Shown here in pieces: positions 1 through 10,600 of a stretch of DNA of 64,000 nt (position 1 is its first letter; every line of letters begins with the position of its first letter). A program made the position numbers and the translations under genes. This DNA comes from Cenococcum geophilum (taxonomy: Eukaryota): NCBI GenBank assembly GCA_050273025.1, contig CP158635.1, positions 32,550,001-32,614,000 on the forward strand, read 5' to 3'. A model generated the notes under the pieces. The model made no database searches and had not been told where the DNA came from. It was given only the letters and a program-made list of their open reading frames with translations.

Positions 1-3000
1 ATACCGTAAAGCTAGCTAACTTTCTAAATATACCTATTAAAGAACTACCTAAACTAATTCCTATCTGTGGGTATAATAGGCGGATAGGACTACCTATTAC
101 AACTATCTTGCGGATTTACCTCTGTGTTAACGGATAAAGGTAGTATAACGCCCCCTTCTTTATTACGGACCTAGGTAGCTATAATATAATCTTAGGGCAA
201 AAATAGCTAGCCTATTTAGGCTTATAGCTTAATATACGGAGTAAACGGCTTACCTAGCCTAAAACCCTACCCCTAACCCCTTCCTTTATAAAAGAAATCA
301 GCATTATAATAGAAAACCTTATACGGCCCTAGATTAATACTATTTACTAGGCCGATGCTATACGTAGGGACTAGGCCTTTAAGAAAGATATATAGCTTAA
401 TTTATAATGGATCCGTATACTATATCGCCCCTAAACTACCTATATTACACCACCCGCATTAAAAACCTAGAAAGTTAATAGTAACCTAAAAAAGCCCCCT
501 ATAGAGAGCTTAGGCCCTATACAGCTACAAAGAACAATAAGGGATGTTAAATATTATACTAAACTAATAAATTGGAGGGATAACCTATAAAAGATAGAAT
601 AGGAGCTAAGAAAGATTATAAACCCTAAACTATAAAATACGGTCCGGAAAACGGCTATAAGAAAACTAGCGGACCTCCTACTAGTTAATATCTACTGTAT
701 TAGTGCTATAGGATTCTACCAGAACTTAGTTTAGCTTAATACCATCGCCTTTATAACAAGCTTATACAAAATTAATTAAATAATTAAGGAAAAGGGAAAT
801 AAGCTTAGTGGATAAGAAAGCGAGCTTATAGATAAGAAACTAGTAAAATAAAAGCTACCCTATTAATACTAGAAATTTAAGGATATATTCTCTAAAGCAG
901 CGTTTAATATACTTTTACCTTACTAACTATATAATTATAAGATTAAGATTAAGTAGGGCAAAGAAAATACCCTTAGCTTTAGCCCCCTCTATAAGCAGTC
1001 TATTACCAAATTATAGGCTATAAAGTAGTATCTTATCAATAACCTAAATAAGGGCTTTATTAAGCCTAGCTAAGCCCCTTTTATCTTACCTATTCTCTTT
1101 ATTAAAAAGCTAAATAGAGGACTCCGCTTCTATATTAACTACTATAAGCTAAATAATATAACCCGCGAGGATCGCTATCTGCTACCCCTACTTAATAAAA
1201 CTCTAACCTAAATAAGTAGAGCTAAGGTCTTTATAAAGCTTAATATCCGCTAGGCCTTCTACCAAATTAGAATAAACCCTAGGTTTAAAATTTTTACTAT
1301 ATTTCGGACCTATTACGGAACGTATAAATATAAAGTGCTCCCTTTTAGACTAACTAACGGACTAGCTATATACCAGCGGTATATAAACAATATACTCTTT
1401 AACTACCTTAACAATTTCTATACGGCCTATTTAGATAATATTATAATCTACTCTAAAAACAAGCTAGAATATAAGGAGCATATCTATAAAGTCCTATAAC
1501 GGCTTTACAAGGCTAGTCTCTAGGTTAACATTAAGAGGTTAAAGTTTAGTATTAAGCGTATAAAGTACCTAGGTTTTATTATTAGTATAGACGGAATTAA
1601 AACCGACCTAGAGAAAACGGCTATAATTAACCAGTAGGCACCCCTACGGACCGTAAAGGGGGTATAATCCTTTTTAGGGTTTTATAACTTCTACTGACGC
1701 TTTATTAAGAACTATAGTAAGATCGCCCAGCCTCTTAACCGTCTTACTAGAAAAGACCAGCCCTTCTACTTTAACGCCATATATAGGTAGGCCTTTAATA
1801 AGCTTAAGAAACGGCTAGTATCGGCTCCCCTACTTGCCTATTTTAACCCGGAATAGCCCTTAATGCTAGAAACTAATATCTTAAAACGGCGTAATAGCTG
1901 GTATTTTTTCCCAGAAGCAACCGGACGGAGAGTAGCACCCTATTATATACTATTTAAAGACTATAATAGATGCCGAGCTAAATTAACACATCTATAATAA
2001 AGAAATGCTGGCTATTATCTCTAGCTTTTAGCACTGGCGTATATAGCTAGAGGGGACCCCTAAGCCGATTAAGGTAGTTTCAGATTATAAGGCCCTAGAA
2101 TACTTTATAATAACTAAGGCCCTTACAGCCCGGCAGGCACGCTAAGCAGATACCCTATCTTAGTTTAACTTCTTAATTATATATAGACTAGGCGCTATAA
2201 ACCATGCGGATGCTCTTATAAGGCGTAAGCAAGACCTAGATAACTAGACGGCTGTAAAGATCTTACTATAGACCTAGACGCTACTATAATTAAAACACCT
2301 TAACCCTTAGATACGGGCAGAACTAAGTATAGACTCCTTAGGCGCCGAGATATGTCCTATTAACTCCTCTAAATTTAACCTTATTAATAAACTACTACAA
2401 GCCAACCAAATGACCCCCTCTCTATAGGAATACCGTAAAAAGGCAAAGAATGTTACTAGCCTATAGTCCCTTAAAAACGGACTACTTAAGCACTAGGAAC
2501 GGCTAGTAGTAGCTAAGGAACAGAACTTATAAACCTAGCTTATTGCCGAAGCTTATACCTAGGTCTCTATAGCCTACCCTAAAAAAAATAAGACCTGTAA
2601 GATTATTGGTAACCGCTACTACTAGCCCGGAATAGTTATAGATATTAACCGTTATATACGGAACTGCGACAGCTGCTGTAGATCTATAATTCCATAAGAT
2701 AAGACCCTAGAACTATTAAAACCTCTCCCGATACCCAACCGACCCTAGCAGTATATCTCTATAGACTTCTATAAGCTACTAATAGACCGCGATAAATATA
2801 ATATGGTTATAATTCTAGTTAACCGCTTTAACAAGCGCCCGTTTTTAATTCCCTATTATAAGAATATTAATGCTAAGGAGGCGGCCTAATTATATATCTA
2901 CTATATCTACCGCATTTACGGATTACTAGATACTATTATATCCAATTACGGCCTATAATTTATATTAGCCTTCTAGAACAAGTTTACCTAAATTCTAGGT

Positions 3001-4166
3001 ATTAGGCTAAAGCTCTCTATAGTATACTACCCCCAGATAAACGGCCAGACGGAGATTATAAATCAATATTTAGATTAGAGACTCTAGCCTTTTATTAACT
3101 ACTTTTAGGATAACTAGGGCGAACTGCTACCCCTAATAGACTACGCCCAGGCAACCCTACCCTATAACTTTACAGGATTTGCACCTATTTAACTAGAAAT
3201 AGGGTATTTACCCTAAATAAGCTTTAACTGGGATAGACTAAAAGGACTACAGACTATATACAAGAAACTGTCTTATAAGGAAGCCTAGTAGTACGCTAAG
3301 CGCTTAGAGGAAGCCTAAACGGTAGCCCATATAAATCTAGAAAAGGCCTAAAAATTAATAGAATAGCAGGCAAATAAGCATAGGCGCGAACCTAACTTTA
3401 CTATAGGTAATATAGTCTAGATTATAATAAAGAACTAGAAGACGGAACGGCCTAGCTATAAGCTAGACTATTAAATAGCGGGACCGTATAAGGTTCTTAA
3501 GAAGATAGGTAACTTATATAAAGTAAAGCTCCCAGATTCGATTAAGGTTTACCCCGTTTTCTTACCGGATAAGCTACGGAAAGCTATAAATGACCCATTA
3601 CCTAAATAAAAAAATAAACCTCCCCTACCGATTTAAGTTAATGGCGATAATAAATGGGAAATTGAAGAAGTACTAGCCTATAAACTAGTAAGGAAAACGC
3701 TAAAGTACCGCGTTAGTTGGAAAGGCTATGACCTAGATCCTACCTAGTACCCTACATAGAACTTTATTAGCAGTCCCTATAAGCTTTAAGAATTCTATAA
3801 CCGCTACCCTAATAAACTAGGACCCCTAAAGTACCTAGACGAGTAAATGGAGTGTTAATATAGTAAAGACAATAAGCTACCGGAAGAATATAAAGATAAG
3901 AACACCTTATAAGCATAATACGGACTATAAAGCCTAAGGGCAGGCTTTTATAGAGGGGGGGGTAATGTTACGGCACTGGTAGAACTTAGCAGAACTTCGC
4001 GGTCACGTGACTAGAGGACCGCATAAAAGAACCCTACTTCGACCGGCGCTGCTCTTCTTCTTCTTTCCTTTCTCTAGCTTTAGATCCTTGTTTATAGACT
4101 ACTAATCGTACAGGCTTGCGCGTCCCTCTTGCCGTGCTTGTACCTCGATTGACTAAGTCGCTAACA
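1..4166 (+). mobile_element. Ty3/Gypsy chromovirus LTR retrotransposon, RIP-degenerate, 5' part outside the window
   Basis: After reversing C>T/G>A changes: RT motifs (LRFCIDYRKLN-like ~1120, YLDDI-like ~1427), RNase H (~1860-2150), integrase (PWQHISMDF-like ~2745), chromodomain (WEIEEVLA..YRVSWKGYDPDPT ~3655-3745); PPT agagggggggg ~3952-3962 just before the LTR. Confidence 0.95.
3966..4166 (+). repeat. 3' LTR of the Gypsy element (TGTTA...TAACA)
   Basis: Starts TG just after the PPT, ends CA; its end (tcgattgactaagtcgctaaca) resembles the end of the solo LTR at 17949-18150. Confidence 0.75.
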
Positions 4167-4973
4167 CTACCCTTACCTCTAGCGGCGCCAAACAGACTCA
4201 GAAGGTCTTTGGTAATAAGGTACAAAAGTAGTTACTTATTCCTACCTTTATTTTCTACTACAATTACTATATATGCGGTGTAGATATTACAGATTAATTA
4301 TAACAGTATTTTATAACGTAGAGGATCCATAGGCAGACTTGGAAGCCTTTATTATACTTCCTGCTCAATATAGTAATTAGAAATTACTTCCTACTATCTT
4401 CCTACCGTCCTACCGATCGTCGCGAAGGCCGTTACGACGGCTATAAGCAGTTTCGAATTAATCTACACAACGCCTTATTCGAACGCTCGATTCGGAAGCA
4501 AAAGGCTCCTATATACAAACACGAACACCTTCCTTAACGCTCTATAGACGATATTATATAGGTTCCTACGCAGCTACACGAGCTAATCAAGATATCTCAC
4601 AAACCTGTTCACTGCTTGGCTTGCGCAACGGCTAGCAGATATACTTAGGTAGAGCATATAGGATGTCGAAAAGCTCTATTAGAGCTTTCACCAAATACTA
4701 TAAGGAAGCCTCGCGATAGTAAGGAATGGGATAGGCGCAGGCGTCTTCTAAGGACGCTTTTTGGCTGCAATATCTGCAAAATACCGTTCTGCAGGAACAA
4801 CGACTATTAAAGGCCTTATATCGAGCGACTTAACTCTAAAGAATAAACTTATATATCAATTTTATATAAGAATTAAGTAATATCACTAACTTCGTATTCC
4901 TAAGCACGGGTCTTAATTCTATTAATTTAATTGGCTGGCCCTTATCGATAACCGTAGGACCCAAATCAACGGG
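4167..4973 (+). mobile_element. piggyBac transposon 3' half (RIP-degenerate), interrupted by the Gypsy element
   Basis: YYNYYICGVDITD*L matches the YN..MGGVD..DQ motif of piggyBac transposases; C-terminal Cys-rich domain (HCLACA...FGCNICKIPFC); ends GGG followed by TTAA at 4974-4977. Confidence 0.85.
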
Positions 4974-5027
4974 TTAAGGGATAATGTGCTTAACGCGTAA
5001 AGCAACCACCACTGATAGTTATCCAAG

Positions 5028-5696
5028 GTAACGGCCGCTTACGCTATTGAAAATAAAGATGCAGTTGCGGCCTATAACGCTTCGAAGAAGCTAGCCGAGC
5101 AAGCTGCATGGCAGTTTATGGAGAGTGCAAAACCTGTCTTCGATCTGACGGTGATCAACCCGGACATCATTATTGGGCCAATAATCCAGCCTGTACCTAA
5201 GCCACAATCCGTGAATGAGACAAATGATTTCGCAGTGTATAGTTTCTTCAATGAAAAATACAAGCAAATTAAGGGCTTAACATTTCCGTTCTATCACTTT
5301 GTACGCCATCTCACCCTTCATATTTCATATAGCGTATTGGCGATAACTTACTTTGCAAAAACCGTTTACCAGGTCGATGTTCGAGACGTTGCTCTAGCTC
5401 ATATACTCGCATTAACCAGCCCCGCTGCGTCTAACAAGCGCATCATTCTCGTGTCCGGATTGATCACGCCTCAGCTTGTCATAAACACCATTCGGGAGAA
5501 CTTCCCTAACCTCACGTCAAGAGTAATGGAAGGGGAACCAAGCCAAATTTTCCCTAAAGGTGTACATCCAACAGGTTGGAACACAACACGAAGCTTCGAG
5601 ATTTTAGGTCCGGATTGGAGCTATGTTGGTTTAGAGAAGAGTCTATTAGATACTGTCCACTCAATCTTGGTCCTTGAGAAGCAATGGAAATTGTAG
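5028..5696 (+). CDS. 3' exons of an NAD(P)-dependent epimerase/dehydratase-family (GRE2-like) reductase; 5' exons not in the window, possibly a pseudogene
   Basis: YNASKKLAEQAAWQFM (YxxxK), FDLTVINP, VDVRDVALAH; acceptor ccaag at 5027; in-frame intron 5301-5372. Confidence 0.85.
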   Translation, partial: VTAAYAIENKDAVAAYNASKKLAEQAAWQFMESAKPVFDLTVINPDIIIGPIIQPVPKPQSVNETNDFAVYSFFNEKYKQIKGLTFPFYHFVRHLTLHISYSVLAITYFAKTVYQVDVRDVALAHILALTSPAASNKRIILVSGLITPQLVINTIRENFPNLTSRVMEGEPSQIFPKGVHPTGWNTTRSFEILGPDWSYVGLEKSLLDTVHSILVLEKQWKL

Positions 5697-5765
5697 CTCA
5701 CCGTAGTTTTTACAACAATAAGAAGGGGTTAATACAAAATCCACCCCCTGACCCTGTTAAACTAG

Positions 5766-8604
5766 CAGTGATCTAATTGGAGTGGGGTCTATTTGGAGCT
5801 CTAGTGTGGATTCAGGTTCGATGTGGATTTGGATTAAGCCTTCTGATTGGTGGGTTAGAGTGGATCTTGGTTAATGTGACTCCTGGAGCTCCGGATCTAT
5901 ACCTAATTCGAACTGCGGCTGAGGAGGAATAGAGCGCTAAGGAGTTAGTATACAATATAAAGCTAATCGGCAACTCTCTTAATTCTATTAACGTGCTACC
6001 CTCCTAAGCGAGATATACGCAACCAGATACATTTATATTAATAATTAAATCAACAACGCCTATATTCTAGATCCAAATAGCCCAAATTAAAGCGACTACG
6101 CTTCTTATTACAGAAGAAAACGGCTTAGAAGTTTCTGGGTACGTTATGGCGTGATATTATACCTAGCGTTGGCCAATTAGATGACTTACCACCACACTCT
6201 TCTAAAGCTCCCTTCTAGATCACCCTATCACCAAAATCCTCTATAGGCTGCTGAGGATTATACCGAAAGACGTATGTAAAGGTTGCCCAATCTTAATTAC
6301 ATTCGCTAGGGTTTAATACCGATCTAGTATACAAAGCAACGTTAAGCTCTGGTAGAGAGGTTCCTTCCTTATACTCCTTTTAAGCTAACTTCTAGGCAGT
6401 AAGCTTTTGTTTTTCCAGATCCTCTGCCTTAAGTCTATCAACATCTTCCTAGGTAAGGACTCTGCCCTTACTTAGGAGTCTCCTACTACCTTTTTTATCT
6501 ATTTTAAATACTTAAAACTTCTTATTCTCTTCTCTTTATATATACGCATTAATCGCAAAGCCTATAGTAGCTTTAAATAGCTTTTTAAGACGTTGTTAAA
6601 CGGGGGATTTAAGCATACCGTCTAGTCGCTCGGTAGTTAATTCAGCAATCTAATTTCGTAGAGATTAAAAGTCCTGTACCGTTTTAGGTGTCCTTAGCGT
6701 TTAAGGATTTATATTCGTAATTAATTAATTTGTTTCTAGGCTTACGGAGGGCCCTATACGTAGTAGGGTCTTTAAAATAGCTGTAGGATTGTATAGTAGA
6801 AGACCTATGGCTTTCTAAGCGTTACAAATCGTCTTATAGGTGAACGCCTTTACGCGCGCGGCTGGGTAGAGCTTTATAAAATACTCTTTATTCACCCCTA
6901 TATAGCTATATTAACAGAAGTCGTCTACTTCTACTCTGTAGTGGTGTTAAAGGGGTCCAAAACAGCCTATATCTAGCGGCTAAAGCTTATGCGTTAAATA
7001 AGGCGGGAGAGCCACCAAGACGATCTTGTGCGATAGTGTATACTAAATAAACTGCCAAGTAAGATAGCTTAAATAGTTATCCATTAAAAGCATACAGTAG
7101 CTTTAAATATTACCCTTATTATCCTCCATAAGTTATCTTATATATTTATTATAGTGTTTAATATAATATAGGCCTAACGAGTTGTCTGTCTAGCCATTGG
7201 TTAAGGTCATATAGGTATATCTATAAAGGCGCTTATCTTGCTTAGTAATTTAATACTAAGTCTTTTGGTGTTGCTACCCCTTCCAAATTAAGAACGGAGG
7301 TAGGTAAGAGATATTGGCGGTAATTGTCTCTATAATAGAGACTAACTCTTATAATCATGGTTATTAAACAGTCCAGTTCTTTAACCTCTCCCTACTATCC
7401 TTGCTAGAGATAATTATTCGAGCTATTACTGCATAGCCTAGCATAACCCCTTTCTCATTAAATTTGTGTATAAATTTTAAGTGCTTAATTAAATATTTAT
7501 CTCGTACGCTTTAAAAGAACTTAAACTAGTTATAGATAATAACTAGATTATTATTCTAGGCCCTCTGGCAATCTAATTAACGACTTATAATAGTATAGAG
7601 CCCGTAACGTTGTATAAATCCCCCCCCCCTAATATTTACCTATTACCCTACCTTCTGCCAAGAACAAGCTCGCCATTATAGGAAGTATATTAACCCTTAT
7701 TGCAAGGCCCTAGGACTAACATTTATGTATCTATTTAATAATTTAATCTTCCTAATAAGGATATAATAGCGTTTTATAAGCTAGGTGTTAAGGGAGACGC
7801 CTAGTAAGGTAATGCGAAACGGTAGAATGGGGTAATACGCGAACGCCAGAGGCTTTACAAATTGATAGCTTAACGCCCGATTTAACGTCTTATATAGCTT
7901 TTTATATAGAGACTTCGGCTTTATAAGAACTTAATTTGGGAAGGGATATATTAATTTGTACAAGGAATTTCGGGTTTAGGTGTAATTTGGTAGGGAAGAA
8001 GAAGAGCGCGTATAGACGCGTATATCTCGCTTAGGGGGGTGGCACGTTACTGACTTATTATCTAATAAGTAGTGTATTATTAGCTATAAAATTTAGGACA
8101 CCTAGTTATTCTACCCCCACTGCTGTCGCCTCTGCCGTTACGGCTTTGTATCTACACTTAGTATTATTTTAACTTTCCTACCTCGTAATAGAACGATTTC
8201 TCTTAGTACGCCCACCTCTACTATCTAACGATGTTATCCTTGCCCTAAAATTATTTAATTTAAAAGGCAATAGCAGATGCTGTAGCGGGGCACCTCCGAG
8301 GGAGCTAGTAGGCCGGGGGAGCTAGGTGGGCCGTGTGAGCCAGTGGTTATAGAGTTACGATAGGGGCGTATATACTGCCTTTAACCAGGCGATTAAGGTA
8401 GAAGATTATGAAGCTTTGTAGTTTAAGGTTAATTTAGTACGTACTTCCTTCCTTACCTTTTCCTTACCTTATGTTAAGACTTACTATTTATGGTATGTAT
8501 TTGATCTGGAGCCATATTGGAGTCCTGGAGCTCCACCGCCTTCTCAGCGTATGGAGTGGATTTGGGGGTCAAATCCACTCCAGCCTAGTCCAATAAGATC
8601 ACTG
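5766..8604. mobile_element. Non-autonomous hAT-type element (~780 bp core) carrying a nested Fot1/pogo element
   Basis: TIRs cagtgatctaattgga / tccaataagatcactg; 8-bp TSD taaactag at 5758-5765 and 8605-8612; subterminal similarity to the 35134-35903 element. Confidence 0.9.
5991..8047 (-). mobile_element. Tc1/mariner Fot1/pogo-family DNA transposon, RIP-degenerate
   Basis: ~30-bp TIR acgtgc(c/t)accc(c/t)cctaagcgagatatacgc flanked by TA on both sides; minus-strand DDE_1-type motif LLLMDN..YLTWQF...LPPYLTHKL*PLDIGCFGPL ~6950-7095. Confidence 0.9.
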
Positions 8605-8612
8605 TAAACTAG

Positions 8613-9417
8613 CTTCTACTCCTTTAAACAAACCTTCTTACGGACCTTCTTAAGACATAGAAGACGCGTATAGGCGGAGGCGCGCGCCTTAAGGCCACGA
8701 CGCTCCTCCTTACGTACTCGCTCGGCACGAGCGTGGTCTTCGTTTTAAAGATAGTAAATTTCGGTAAGGGCGCTTAATAGCTTACTATTAAGCTTCATAG
8801 CGGTAGATTAGGCCTAGAACCCTAAGAGTAATTAACAAGGGTACTTAGTAACTATTAAGAACGATATAACGTGTATATTTAGTATTAGATATAGAGTGAA
8901 CGTTATAGGACGACCGTATATTCGCTTTTAGATATTTAGAATAAGAGGAAGGTTAACAACCGGAAGGAGCCGCGATTATAACGTAAACTAACCCCTCTTT
9001 TATATGATAAGAATACGGAGTAGATATTATCTTATTAAGTAATGGTATAGTAGCAATAGTGCGTATACATCGTTAAGTAGGTAATGAAGGAGTTACTTTA
9101 GGTATAATAAGTAATATAGAAAACAAAATTTAATAAAGGGATGCTATACCTTTAATTAATAACCTAGAGATATAGGATATCTTTAAAGATAAAGATAAAA
9201 AGGAGGGGGATAGTATATAGTATAGGCTATAATAGAACTAGTAGATCTATATAATAAGTAGTAAGCAATATTATATAATAAGGTTTATAAGGTCTATCTT
9301 ATATACCTTATATATAAAGGGATTTCTTAAGAGTTAGGTTATATATTTAAAGGAGTTCCTACCTAGATAGTTCTCTTTTTATAGTAAATCTTAGAACATA
9401 ATTAGAGTTAATCTATT
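8613..9417 (+). mobile_element. 3' remnant of a Gypsy element (3' internal region, PPT, part of LTR); the LTR continues at ~17533-17633
   Basis: Inverted homology to 9418-10430; PPT gataaaaaggagggggatag 9194-9213; LTR sequence resumes directly after the ctatt TSD at 17528-17532. Confidence 0.8.
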
Positions 9418-9948
9418 TATAACGGAACCTTATAGCAAGAACTACGATGGGCTCGTTATTGGGCTAGGTATATAGGTGATATAAGTTAAAATTAATAAAG
9501 TAATATTAACTGGTGGAGTGGTTACCTAATAGATTAACTCTAATTATATTCTAAGAATTACTATAAGGAAGGAACTATCTAGGTAGGGATTAAGGGTCCT
9601 TAAATATATAACCGTACTCCTATAAAATCCATCTTATATATAATATACGCTTTATATATAAGGTATATAAGTTTCTCTTATTCCTCTTATCTAATATATA
9701 GCACATTATATAACCTTAGCTACCCTTCCTTATTATATAGTTTTATTAGTTCCATTCTAGACTATACCTAAATTAACTAACTAGCTTTTTCTAACTCCTC
9801 TCTAAGTAGTTATAATATTGTACTTAAAGCGTCCGTAATACTATCTCCCTCCTTTTTATCTTTGTTCTTAAATATTCCTAATATCTCTAAGTTGTTTATT
9901 AGAGGTGTAATATCTATCTAATTAATTTAGTTAATATTATTACTTATT

Positions 9949-10600
9949 ATACCTAAAGCAATTTCTTCTTTACAAACCTAACGTCGTGCTCGCACCGTTG
10001 CTGCGATATTATCTCTTAGTAAGATTATACTATCTCCGTATTCTCGTTGTTTAAAAAAGGGGTTAGTTTATATTATATTGGCGAGTCCTTTTTCGCAACA
10101 ACCGTCCTCTTATTTAAAGTGCACTAAAGTAAATATTTATTCGTCCTGTAACGTTCGCTCTACTTTTAATGCTAAATATATATAACCTACTACTCTTAAT
10201 AGTCGTCTGGTTCCCTAATTAATTTATTTTAGGGTCTCGTATTTAATCTACTACTGCGCGGCTAGATGGTAAACTATTTTAAGCCCTTACTAAGTTAAAA
10301 CGTTCTTGCGATGCGGAATAGAAGGCCCTAAATGCTTATATTGCGGTATCTACTCACCCACTTCGTCTTAAAAAGGGTTATAAGAAGGTCCATTTTAAAG
10401 AGTAGAAACTTATAGAATAGGGTCTATAGGAGCTTAGTAATAAAAGAACGGATTCTCTTTTAGCTAAGAAGGAAATAAATCTAAGTAGTTTAGCAACTAC
10501 TCTTCTTAGGTCCCCCTTAGGTGACTTATTTTTTAGCAATCCTTCTTTATTAATGCTGCCTAACCTAATCTCTTTTAATACTCCTATACCTTTCCTATAA
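9949..10600 (+). pseudogene. Antisense accessory ORF of the Gypsy element: Zn2Cys6-like Cys cluster plus coiled-coil, one predicted intron
   Basis: De-RIPed reading MPKAISSLQTQRRARTVAAILSLGEIMPSPCSRCLKKGLVCIVLASPFSQQPSSCxKCTKVNIxSSC; predicted intron ~10178-10232; homologous frame on minus at ~8613-9105. Confidence 0.7.
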
